Shown here one piece after another: positions 9,150 through 18,127 of a stretch of 24,326 nt of DNA. The notes beneath the pieces are model-generated. The model did no database searches. It saw nothing but the letters and a program-made list of their open reading frames with translations, and was not told the DNA's origin. The stretch's first letter is position 1, and each line of letters opens with the position of its first letter. Position numbers and translations under genes: made by a program. Origin of the DNA: an uncultured bacterium (GTDB lineage Bacteria; Hydrogenedentota; Hydrogenedentia; Hydrogenedentales; JAEUWI01); the NCBI GenBank assembly GCA_963977445.1, contig CAXBPH010000086.1, positions 1 through 24,326 on the forward strand, given 5' to 3'.

Positions 9150-11750
9150 TTACACGGAAAGGCGAACGCGCTCTGCCTTCAGGAGGGTGTTGTCCTTCGT
9201 GACCTGGGTTTTCTCCGGCGCCAGCCCCAGGAGGGACATAATTTCCTTCGGCTTGGCCAGTCGTCCATTTTCGTCACTGGTGGTGAAGACCAACGTCGCC
9301 TTGGCACCCGGTTGGCGCTTCATTTCCAGCGTGCACAACATGGGGCGGATATCGATGGCGGCCGTCGTCTTTTCACGACGTTTCCAGCCGCGGCCCTTCT
9401 TGGGCTTTTTCTGCTTGACCTTCCGTTCCACCAGAATCTCGTCCTGCGCCATAAGGTCGGCAACGCGGACTTCGAGGTCATCGGCGGGGTCCGCCGTGAT
9501 GAGACTGTAGGAGAACCCTTCGACAAGGCTCATGAGCGATTCGCCACGGAGGGGCATGGCTTCTACGTCGAAGACGTGGAGTCCGGGGGGCAGTTTTTCC
9601 TGCATGCGCTCGAAAAGGGCCATCTCGTCGACCGCTTCCTTCAGCATGACATCCATAAAATCCCCACGACTGGCCTCGCCCACGGGACAGGCCGTCGAGA
9701 AATTTACTTTGGGATGGGCGTGGAAGCCCTTGCTGTAGGCAATCGGCGCTTTAGCGCGACGGAGGGTCCGAAACCAGGCGTCTTTCAATTCGAGATGAGA
9801 GAGAAAACGGGCTTCGCCACTGCGACCAATCTTGAAGCGCACGCGTTGCACGGGATCGGGCTGCTCGGTAACGGTCGGGGTATAGCCCTCCCACGTTTCC
9901 TCTTCTTTCAGGTGACCGGCTTTCTGCTTTTTGAGCATGGTCTGGCACAATTCCCGCTCACGATAAATCACGCCACAGAGATGGCATTTACCGGCGCGAC
10001 AATCCTGCGCATACTTCAGCTCCATGGCATTCTGCCAGTCTTTTTGAAACCATTCTTTGGGAATCAAGATGTCGATATGATCCCAGGGAAGGCGCTCGTG
10101 AACGTCTCGTTCGCGAAACTGGCCGGCCACGTCGTAATCGACGTCTTCGATTGCTTTTTCCCAGGCGCGGAAATTTACGTGCTCTTCCCACGTTTCCAGC
10201 CGGGCACCATTCTTCCATGCCGCCTCGATGAGATCGGCACCACGACGATCGGCCCGGGTCAACAGGCCTTCGATGAAGGAGGTACGGGCTTCGTGGCGAC
10301 CAAACTTGATATCACGCTGGCCCCGGAATTTCTCATGGAGAATGTTCTGCTTCCGGTAGGTTTCTTCCACGGTGATCTGCTCGGCCCACTGGAAGGGGGT
10401 AAAGGGCTTGGGGATGAAGGTGGATACACCCGTGCGCACCCCTGCTCTCGGATTAATCTTTTTACCTTCCCGTACGGTACGAATGGTGAGGTTGGCAATA
10501 GCCTCCACATCTTCATCCCGTTCGGTGGGCAGGCCAATCATGAAGTAGGTCTTCACATGGTCCCATCCCCGGCTGTAGGCCTGGGCGGACATGGTAAGCA
10601 GTTCTTCGTCAGGGATAAATTTGTTGATCACCGCGCGCATACGGGGTGAGGCCGCCTCGGGGGCGAAGGTCAAACCACTGCGACGTACGCCGGCCACCAT
10701 ATCGGAGAGCTCCACGGCATAGGAGTCGAGCCGCAGTGACGGCAGCGAGATGGAGACGTTGTCCTTGTGGCCTTTGTCGGCCGCCATTTTAACGAGGGTT
10801 CGTGGCATGGAAAAGTCGCAGGTCGACAGGGAAATAAGGGATACGGCATCGAAGCCGGTGTTGTCGAGGGTCCGCTCCATGAGCTTGTCGATGTTATCGA
10901 TTGACCGTTCACGAACGGGACGGGTTACCATGCCTGCCTGGCAGAAACGACAGCCCTGGGTGCAGCCACGAAGCACTTCGAGGCCGGCGCCATCATGAAC
11001 CAACGCGGCGTTGGGAACGATGTAGTTGGTGGGGTAGTCTGCGCCGTCCAAATCTTTTACGAGACGCTTCACAATTTTCGGCGCGTCTACCTGGGGCAAA
11101 ATCTGACCGTCGGGCATGGTCTCAAAGGGATAGAGCTCCGGCACGTAGACCCCTTCGAGGGTCGCCATGGCCTGCAGTTTTTCCAGACGGGTCGCCTTCT
11201 TGAGATCCCGCATCATCAGGGCGATTTCCATCATGATGTCTTCACCATCACCGATGACAAAAAAGTCGATGAAGGGCGCGATGGGCTCCGGATTGAACAC
11301 GGCGGGCCCGCCGGCGAAGATAAGCGGCATGGAATCATCACGGTGCTCACTGCGAACAGGCAGTCCCGCAAGATCCAGGGCATTGACGATATTGGTGAAG
11401 GTCAATTCCGACTGGAGGGTGAAACCAATCATGTCGGCGGCCGTGAGTGGGTCTTTCGATTCCAACATGAACAGGGGAAGCTCCCGTTCACGGAGCATTT
11501 TCTCCATGTCGATACCGGGCGTGTAACCGCGCTCCGCCCAAACCCAGTCCAGACGATTCATCTGTGCATAGAGAATGTGGAGGCCCAGATTTCCCAAACC
11601 GAGTTCATAGAGATCAGGAAAAAAGAAACAGATCCGAAGTTCAACTTCGGCGGGATCTTTCTGGGTACTGTTCAACTCGTTTCCGAGGTAGCGAGACGGT
11701 TTTTCGACCTGGGAAAGGATTTCACTGTCGAGAACATCACGGAGATTCAT
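9150..11750 (-). CDS. TIGR03960-type radical SAM protein fused to a TIGR03936/DUF2344 radical SAM-linked domain
   Basis: VEKPSRYLGNELN, FPDLYELG, RGCTQGCRFCQAG (CxxxCxxC), TFAPEAAS, FIPKPFTPFQW, DCRAGKCHLCG, then RFLSHLE...YSKGFHAHPK. Start re-called at ATG 11750 (AAAGG upstream). Confidence 0.92.
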   Translation of the reverse strand: MNLRDVLDSEILSQVEKPSRYLGNELNSTQKDPAEVELRICFFFPDLYELGLGNLGLHILYAQMNRLDWVWAERGYTPGIDMEKMLRERELPLFMLESKDPLTAADMIGFTLQSELTFTNIVNALDLAGLPVRSEHRDDSMPLIFAGGPAVFNPEPIAPFIDFFVIGDGEDIMMEIALMMRDLKKATRLEKLQAMATLEGVYVPELYPFETMPDGQILPQVDAPKIVKRLVKDLDGADYPTNYIVPNAALVHDGAGLEVLRGCTQGCRFCQAGMVTRPVRERSIDNIDKLMERTLDNTGFDAVSLISLSTCDFSMPRTLVKMAADKGHKDNVSISLPSLRLDSYAVELSDMVAGVRRSGLTFAPEAASPRMRAVINKFIPDEELLTMSAQAYSRGWDHVKTYFMIGLPTERDEDVEAIANLTIRTVREGKKINPRAGVRTGVSTFIPKPFTPFQWAEQITVEETYRKQNILHEKFRGQRDIKFGRHEARTSFIEGLLTRADRRGADLIEAAWKNGARLETWEEHVNFRAWEKAIEDVDYDVAGQFRERDVHERLPWDHIDILIPKEWFQKDWQNAMELKYAQDCRAGKCHLCGVIYRERELCQTMLKKQKAGHLKEEETWEGYTPTVTEQPDPVQRVRFKIGRSGEARFLSHLELKDAWFRTLRRAKAPIAYSKGFHAHPKVNFSTACPVGEASRGDFMDVMLKEAVDEMALFERMQEKLPPGLHVFDVEAMPLRGESLMSLVEGFSYSLITADPADDLEVRVADLMAQDEILVERKVKQKKPKKGRGWKRREKTTAAIDIRPMLCTLEMKRQPGAKATLVFTTSDENGRLAKPKEIMSLLGLAPEKTQVTKDNTLLKAERVRLSV

Positions 11751-11909
11751 GGAGCGGACACTACCTTTGCAATGGGACAAATAAAAATGGCTCTCCCTCC
11801 GGTAACAATTCGGGGGGAGTGGGCATTCCAGAATGGTCTCTTTATTGTACCTGCAACACACCGAAGAGTGCGAGTTTCCTCACTATGGGGCGCATTCTCC
11901 GGCGCAGCG

Positions 11910-12116
11910 CTACACGCCGTTGCTCTGCCAGAGCAGGGTTTCTTCTGAATCATAGAGGAGTGCCTGATGTCGCCCCGCTTCTTCGGCGGCTTCCTGCACT
12001 TGAATGATTAATTCTTCCTGGTACCACTCACGGAGTGGGCGCATGGGCTGGTGCCACATACTACTTTGAATCTGGTCCATCACGTGGATATGCAGAGTAA
12101 AATTTGGATGACTCAC
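11910..12116 (-). CDS. Small hypothetical protein (68 aa)
   Basis: Fills an otherwise empty gap and has protein-like composition. No recognisable motif and no clear RBS. Confidence 0.3.
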   Translation of the reverse strand: MSHPNFTLHIHVMDQIQSSMWHQPMRPLREWYQEELIIQVQEAAEEAGRHQALLYDSEETLLWQSNGV

Positions 12117-12581
12117 TTTTACAATCCGATCACACTATATTCCCAAGGAGTGCTTACGCCGGAAAATATTGCCCTGCCCCGACTGCACACTCTACCTCAC
12201 CGAAGCCAAGGCCCAAGTACCTGCCCGCTGGACTCCGTGATTCATAGTATCATTCTTCGTCAACAATTGAAAGACTCTTCTTGGGTCGTTCATGGTGCCC
12301 TTTTTCCCTGAAAGTCGGCTTTTGACAGGCAAAAAGTATAAAATAGTTGTCATGTATGAAAAACAGACACAAATCAACCATGCAATAATTACTCATATTT
12401 GACAACCTACAAATCGGAAACACCGGCATACCCATCACCAACAACTATGAAAATCAATTAATACACTACCCTCCTAAGGGCACTTCATTTCGGTTTTTCG
12501 GCATGCTACTTGTTTTTCCCTTCGCGTGTTGGCACGCACTGCCCGACGGAATTACGGAAAAATATACACGGAGAGATGAAC

Positions 12582-12888
12582 ATGAAAAATCCCCAATTAC
12601 CCTGAGTATTTTGGGTGCGGCAGCACTTATGAGCGGATGGGCCCAGGCGACAATACTCACCTTTGACATCCCCCAACTGTCGAATTTTCAAAACGCCAAT
12701 GTGCTTTCGAAGCCCTGGATCACACCATCCTGGGCCGCACGCCTTCCTTCTTTTATTTTGGGCTTGGGTTGACCGGCAATCGCTAACGATTAGCATCGAC
12801 CAAATCAGTCTGGGTGGCGCATCCGATGACCCTCCTGGGCATGGGCGTATTGGCGATGGCCGCCAGACAGCGTCGCCGCACGGCCTAA
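12582..12888 (+). pseudogene. Degraded PEP-CTERM-like secreted protein gene
   Basis: GGAGAG RBS and ATG 12582. Segments in different frames: signal peptide SPITLSILGAAALMSGWAQA|TILTFD, FEALDHTILGRTPSFFYFGLGLTG, QSLTISIDQISLGGASDD and the terminal MTLLGMGVLAMAARQRRRTA* (12826-12888). The PEP tripeptide itself is absent. Confidence 0.7.
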
Positions 12889-12958
12889 AGCCCCCCTGAC
12901 TGCGCAACAAGATGAATCCATCACCGCCGTGGCCCCTGCTTCGACGGCGATGTTATTG

Positions 12959-14500
12959 TTAAGGAGTGTCTGGGGTGTGGACTCGGCGGGCCCGTTGTGC
13001 TTCGTGTAGGTCACGGGGCATTACCGATTTTTCGGGATGCTCATACCACCGCTGCGACGGGTCCAACTGTTCGGCCCCGTCGATCTGAACGCCAATGAGG
13101 TTGAGCGACCAGGGCCCGAAGTTTTTTTCGGGCACCGCAATGGTCTGGGCCCCGTGGATATTCCAGAAGGTACCCCGGGCACCACAGTGGGCCCCCAAGC
13201 CTTTACCTCCGCCCGAACTCCAGACACGGGTAGCCTTCCCCACGTCGATGTTGGAGAAGAGGTTCTCGTAGGGAGCCCGGCAATGGTGGTCGAAAGAGAG
13301 GTCTTCTCCTTTGCCGTTGGAATAGACGTTTCCCGCGCTATGACTTGTCGTTAAATCATGAACAAACATGGTTTGAAAGTCGAAATTGGTACACAGATTG
13401 TCGTCGCCCCCCAGACTGACCCCGTGGTGCCCGGTCGAATTGCGATTTTTGTCTCGGCTGCGCACTGAGGTCAGGACGATGCCATCCACCGTGTTGAAGT
13501 TACCGGAGACGAATCCCCCGCTGTCGCTGTTATGTACCCGGATATTTCGGACCCAGCAATGGGCCACGCCGCTCAGGGCGAAGGCGTTGAAGCCGAGTTC
13601 GGTGAAATGGCCTTCATAGGGCGTGTTGGGAAATTCGAAGCCCACGTTTTCCAGGCCGGATTCCACGACTTCGGGCGCGAAGGGGTAAAGCGTGGGTTTC
13701 CATTCGGGACGTATATCGAATCGGAGGGGCCGGTCGATGGTCACCGTATTGCCCGTGACGGCGACGATCCGCGCAATGAGGGTCGCGCTGGTTCGGCTGT
13801 TCAGGTTTTCGATGCTGGTACGGGGATCATTGTCGTAAAGATGTTGGGCGAGCGAATCCTTTTCGTCATCCGTGAGGCGTAACGCTACCTCCTGTCCGAC
13901 ACGCAGGCGGGAACTGTCGGTCACCTCAACGGTGTGGCTGCCGCGCGCCGCAGGCTGGGCCACGGACGTGAGGGCATCGCCCCCTGCCCTACCCTGTATC
14001 GTAACGAAGCCGCCTGACCAGGAATAATTCGAGGTGGGACGTCCACCTGTGGTGGCCCCGTCGTTGGGCTCGATGACATTCAGGGGCACGGGGCAGTAGA
14101 GTATCGTTTTTTCCGGGCCGGCGCCGCGGATGACGATGTTGGACTTCTCCACGCGCAGTGGCCGGGTAATCCGATAGCGCCCTTCGGGCACCCACAGGAC
14201 GCCAGCGGGCATTTCGGCCAAGGCCTTGAGAAACGCATCGCTGTCGTCTGTCTCTCCATCCCCTGTCGCCCCAAAGTCCCGGACATTATGGGTACGCTCC
14301 GGGTTGGGCAGGGGCCGCTCTCCCCGCCGATAGCCGGCATGGGAAAAATCGGGGAGGCGACTCTCCGGTGTCCATGCCGCTCCATCCGCACCCCAGAGAG
14401 CTGAGTTAACCGCTTCGGCTGCGCCGGCGTGGTCGGTCATCAGAGCGGCGCACAGCAAAACGAGGGACTTCAGAGACGGGTAATCGCACAGGGTTTTCAC
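12959..14500 (-). CDS. Secreted right-handed beta-helix carbohydrate-active protein (pectate lyase superfamily / GH28/GH55-related)
   Basis: LPDFSHAGY, NVRDFGATGDGETDDSDAF, WVPEGRY, IRGAGPEKT. Signal peptide ending AGA|A; start re-called at GTG 14500 (GGAG upstream). Confidence 0.82.
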   Translation of the reverse strand: MKTLCDYPSLKSLVLLCAALMTDHAGAAEAVNSALWGADGAAWTPESRLPDFSHAGYRRGERPLPNPERTHNVRDFGATGDGETDDSDAFLKALAEMPAGVLWVPEGRYRITRPLRVEKSNIVIRGAGPEKTILYCPVPLNVIEPNDGATTGGRPTSNYSWSGGFVTIQGRAGGDALTSVAQPAARGSHTVEVTDSSRLRVGQEVALRLTDDEKDSLAQHLYDNDPRTSIENLNSRTSATLIARIVAVTGNTVTIDRPLRFDIRPEWKPTLYPFAPEVVESGLENVGFEFPNTPYEGHFTELGFNAFALSGVAHCWVRNIRVHNSDSGGFVSGNFNTVDGIVLTSVRSRDKNRNSTGHHGVSLGGDDNLCTNFDFQTMFVHDLTTSHSAGNVYSNGKGEDLSFDHHCRAPYENLFSNIDVGKATRVWSSGGGKGLGAHCGARGTFWNIHGAQTIAVPEKNFGPWSLNLIGVQIDGAEQLDPSQRWYEHPEKSVMPRDLHEAQRARRVHTPDTP

Positions 14501-14581
14501 GGGTAAAAGCTCCGAATGGTGGTCCTTCGATTGGGACGTTTCCCAACGCGCCCCCACCCACCGGAAACGGCGCGTTGGCCG

Positions 14582-15241
14582 TTACTCCACGGGCTTGGAA
14601 ATCGCCCGCGACAAGCGCAGTTGACGTCGTATGTCTTCCTGAATATCTTCAGGAGAAAGGCTGCCGTCCGTCTTGATGACCAGCTCTTTCTGGCGAAAGA
14701 GGTCGAGCAAGGGGGCTGTTTTCTCGTGATAATCGGCGATACGCTTTCGAATCGCCGCTTCATTATCATCTTCCCGCGTGAGGAGTTTTCCCTTACATAC
14801 ATCGCACTGGTCGGCAATGCGGGGGCGGTGCTGGATGAGATTGTAATCCAACCCACACTCACTACAGAGACGTCGGGACAACACGCGCTCCATGACCACG
14901 TCGTCGGAGACGTCAATATGGATCACGGCATCGATGTCATAACTTTCGAGGAAAAACTGGGCCTGACGGTGACTGCGAGGGAAGCCGTCGAGAATGAAAC
15001 CGTAGTTCCAGTCGTGCTCGCTCAGTCGCTGGCGAATCACGTCTTCCACCACATCATCGGGAACGAGGTTGCCCTCGTTGATGATACGGCGAACCTGGGC
15101 CGCCAGCTTGGTACGATTTTGTATATTCCAGCGAAAGATATCACCAACGCTGATGTGGGCAAGCTCATAGTCACGTGCCAGCATGATTGCCTGCGTGCCT
15201 TTGCCACAACCTTGAACACCCATGATCACGTATTTATGCAT
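14582..15241 (-). CDS. adk: Adenylate kinase family nucleoside monophosphate kinase with zinc LID
   Basis: P-loop GVQGCGKGT, HISVGDIFR, GNLVPD, LDGFPR, LID CSEC...CDVC, REDD. Confidence 0.9.
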   Translation of the reverse strand: MHKYVIMGVQGCGKGTQAIMLARDYELAHISVGDIFRWNIQNRTKLAAQVRRIINEGNLVPDDVVEDVIRQRLSEHDWNYGFILDGFPRSHRQAQFFLESYDIDAVIHIDVSDDVVMERVLSRRLCSECGLDYNLIQHRPRIADQCDVCKGKLLTREDDNEAAIRKRIADYHEKTAPLLDLFRQKELVIKTDGSLSPEDIQEDIRRQLRLSRAISKPVE

Positions 15242-15497
15242 AGTCTTGTTTCTTTATTTGTTCTGCGGCCGAGGCAGCGTTTCTCCCAGCGGGCTCAAGG
15301 CCCGAGCAGCTCGCGCATTGATAAAACACGCGACTCCCGACAACATGAAATGGGCCAACCCTATTCGATGGCATGGACACTCCACGTAGTTAAGACTATG
15401 CTATGATATGGCCTTCTGATGCAAGTTTCTGGTGCCAATGTCGTCCTATCGCTTGGTATTTTGTTGCGCAAAACCTGCCCGAAAGGCCTTTTCCGAC

Positions 15498-16100
15498 ATG
15501 GAACATGTACGGTACCATACCGTTGGACTTTCGCCCTCCCGGCACCGTCTGGCCGCCATGACCCTGGCTGTAGAGGGCGGCGTGCTTCTCGTTGCGGTCC
15601 TATTGGGCATGCTGCTTGGGCCCCCACTCATGTCCATCATGACGATTGATATGCATAGTGTGTTGATGGGCACCGGGATCGGATTGGGGCTGATGATCGT
15701 CGTATTTGGGGTGGTAGACTCTCGCCTGGGCCGCTCCACAGCACTGAGACAAGATCTGGCACAGTTGGCCGGGCTTCTCCAGAATGTGCGGGTTGTCGAC
15801 ATGCTTTGGATTTCCGCCCTGGCCGGTGCGGGTGAAGAAGCGCTCTTTCGGGGCGTGCTCCTTCATCACGGAGCGGCGTGGCTCGGTGTCCCCCTCGCGA
15901 TTGCACTGACATCGTTGCTGTTTGGCTTGCTCCATGCCATGTCACTGGCCTATGTGATCTTTGCGACGACCCTGGGCGTCTTCATGTGTGTCGTTTACCT
16001 CACGACGGGAAATCTTGCGGTTGCCATGATTGCCCATGGGGTCTATGACTTCGTCGCCCTGGTTTATGTCCTGCGGCTGCGCCGTACGGTAACTCGATGA
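15498..16100 (+). CDS. CPBP (CAAX protease/Abi) family intramembrane glutamic endopeptidase
   Basis: Motifs EEALFRG, FGLLH and AHGVYD; multiple TM segments. Start uncertain (15432/15498/15558). Confidence 0.88.
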   Translation: MEHVRYHTVGLSPSRHRLAAMTLAVEGGVLLVAVLLGMLLGPPLMSIMTIDMHSVLMGTGIGLGLMIVVFGVVDSRLGRSTALRQDLAQLAGLLQNVRVVDMLWISALAGAGEEALFRGVLLHHGAAWLGVPLAIALTSLLFGLLHAMSLAYVIFATTLGVFMCVVYLTTGNLAVAMIAHGVYDFVALVYVLRLRRTVTR

Positions 16101-16741
16101 CCGTAGAAACCAGTGAGACGGTGGTGCTGCTTCACGGACTGGGCCGGAGCCGCTTGTCCCTCCTGCCACTACAACGACACGTGCAGGCTGCGGGATTCCA
16201 GACCCTGAACTTCCCCTACGCACCCACCCTGCACCGCTTTGACACGATTGTGAATGAATTCCACGATTTCCTGGTGAGCAAGGTGACGACTTCCCGCTAT
16301 CACCTCGTGGGGCATTCTCTGGGTAATATCATCATTCGGGCCCGATTTCGATTTGACTACCCCACGACCTTGGCGCGTATTGTCATGCTGGCACCCCCCA
16401 ATCAGCCCCCGGCATTGGCGGCCAAACTCAAGAGATTCCCCCCGTTTCGGCTGTGGGCGGGCGATAGCGGTCAGAAGCTTGGATCGGCCACCTTTTACGC
16501 CGATTTACCCGTGCCCGATGTTCCTTTCGGGGTAATCGCGGGCAGTAAGGGGCAACGTCTTACCTTCAAGGAACCCAACGACGGCATCGTGACTGTCGAA
16601 AGCACCCGACTTGAAGGCATGGCCGATCACCGGGTACTCCCCCACACCCACACGTTCATGATGAACAGTCCCGCTGTGGCCCGGGAGACCATTCATTTTC
16701 TCCGTCATGGCATTTTTGACCCCACCCACTGCGAGAGATGA
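16097..16741 (+). CDS. Alpha/beta hydrolase (lipase/esterase-like)
   Basis: LLHGLG oxyanion region, GHSLG nucleophile elbow, NDGIV, C-terminal His. ATGA overlap with the CPBP gene indicates translational coupling. Confidence 0.88.
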   Translation: MTVETSETVVLLHGLGRSRLSLLPLQRHVQAAGFQTLNFPYAPTLHRFDTIVNEFHDFLVSKVTTSRYHLVGHSLGNIIIRARFRFDYPTTLARIVMLAPPNQPPALAAKLKRFPPFRLWAGDSGQKLGSATFYADLPVPDVPFGVIAGSKGQRLTFKEPNDGIVTVESTRLEGMADHRVLPHTHTFMMNSPAVARETIHFLRHGIFDPTHCER

Positions 16742-16801
16742 ATAAATAGTCCATTGGGCGGTAGAATAGGGGCGCGGTAACACCAACAGAAAGGAATCTG
16801 C

Positions 16802-17890
16802 ATGTCTGCATTCGCACGCATCCGCCGAGGCTGGCACCTTGGCTATCATAGTCTCCGCATCGTTCTCCGAGACAAGACACTTCTACTCTTTCCCTTGATT
16901 CCCTTTACTACCGCCATCATGATTATCGTATCGTTCTGCGTTGTCGTGGGAGCGGACCAGTTGTTCTGGGCCCTCTTCGTGGTGAATACCCTTCAACACG
17001 CGCGGTATCTGGCGCTGGGCTACGCCATCGTGGCGGTCGTTTCGGTGTATTTCTCCGTGGGCCTCGTGGCCTGTGCGCGGATTTCTATCGAAGGGCAAGA
17101 TTCAAAATTCATGGACGGTATTCTGGCGGCCATGCGGAAATTTCACTGGGTGGTGTTGTGGGGATTGATTTCCTGGACCATCGGGCCCCTCCTCAATCTG
17201 CTGGATCACCTGCGCTATACCTCGCGCTGGGTGCGCAAAATCACCAAGACCAGCTGGTCGCAACTGAGCTATTTTCTGTTGCCCATCCTGATTGTGGATA
17301 ACGTCAATATATTCAGCGCGATTCGTCGCTCGGTCACGGTTACGATTAAGACTTGGGGCGAAGGCTCCGTGTCTCAATTGGGATTTCTGTGGTTTTTCTT
17401 CTTTATGAACATCCCGACAATGCTTCTCTTTGGCTATGGCCACTATATGGAAGGGCCTTGGCCCAAACCCCTGACCTTTGTGGTCCTTTCCATGATTTAT
17501 TTCACCATTGTGGTCTATCAGACGGCCAGTTCGGTGTTGAGTGTGGTCCTCTACAAATATGCGACGGACGGCACGGTGGTGGAAGGCTTTAATGGCGAAT
17601 GGCTGAAAGAAGCCTTCGTCCGCCAGAAAGTCTACGTGTTGGTCGACGCCGATAAAGACCCGGGCCAACCCGTGGAAGACGTGCCGGCACCAGATGGCGT
17701 GGAACCGGCAACGGCCACACCCGACGTACCGGAAGCGGAAGAACAGACGGCACCGGACAACGCCGCAGACGACGTAGCCCCCGAAGAGGGCACCCCTCCC
17801 TCGGAGAGCGAGGCGGTGGAGGAAGCAATTCCCGCTGCAGCCCCGGAAAACGATGAGGAAACGGACGATCGGCCCCCGGTCACTCCGTAA
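16802..17890 (+). CDS. Integral membrane protein (DUF6159-like) with acidic/Pro-rich C-terminal tail
   Basis: LRDKTLLLFP, AIRRS...KTWGE and several TM helices; AAAGGA RBS. Family name is from recall, not from a search. Confidence 0.7.
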   Translation: MSAFARIRRGWHLGYHSLRIVLRDKTLLLFPLIPFTTAIMIIVSFCVVVGADQLFWALFVVNTLQHARYLALGYAIVAVVSVYFSVGLVACARISIEGQDSKFMDGILAAMRKFHWVVLWGLISWTIGPLLNLLDHLRYTSRWVRKITKTSWSQLSYFLLPILIVDNVNIFSAIRRSVTVTIKTWGEGSVSQLGFLWFFFFMNIPTMLLFGYGHYMEGPWPKPLTFVVLSMIYFTIVVYQTASSVLSVVLYKYATDGTVVEGFNGEWLKEAFVRQKVYVLVDADKDPGQPVEDVPAPDGVEPATATPDVPEAEEQTAPDNAADDVAPEEGTPPSESEAVEEAIPAAAPENDEETDDRPPVTP

Positions 17891-17909
17891 CACCCATTTG
17901 CATTCAGAG

Positions 17910-17939
17910 ACGCGACGTCATCTATTGGTGACGTCGCGT
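17910..17939. terminator. Strong hairpin downstream of the DUF6159-like gene (possible terminator)
   Basis: Perfect 11-bp arms ACGCGACGTCA/TGACGTCGCGT with an 8-nt loop, about 20 nt after the stop; no good U-tract. Confidence 0.45.
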
Positions 17940-18127
17940 ACTTGATCATGGGACATCTTTGGCCCTAGAATCCCCCCTTCTGATGAAGATATTCGTGTAC
18001 CCCGCGAATCCCCCTACTCGTCCCGGGGGTCAAAGGACGAATATCCGCCCTGTGTCGACCGGAAGTCTTGTCGGATTACCGGTATCGTCGTATCCCCGTC
18101 CACCGCAGTACTAAGAAGGATTCTCTC

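Noticed and set aside
8910..10649. 579-aa plus-strand ORF
   Set aside because: Antisense shadow of the motif-rich radical SAM gene; no motifs, typical of GC-rich codon bias.
12503..12772. 89-aa plus-strand ORF as an intact gene
   Set aside because: Its signal peptide is internal and out of frame with the RBS-linked ATG; better explained as part of the pseudogene.
17980..18050. CTGATGA followed by a stem, resembling a hammerhead ribozyme core
   Set aside because: The required GAAA after stem II is absent.
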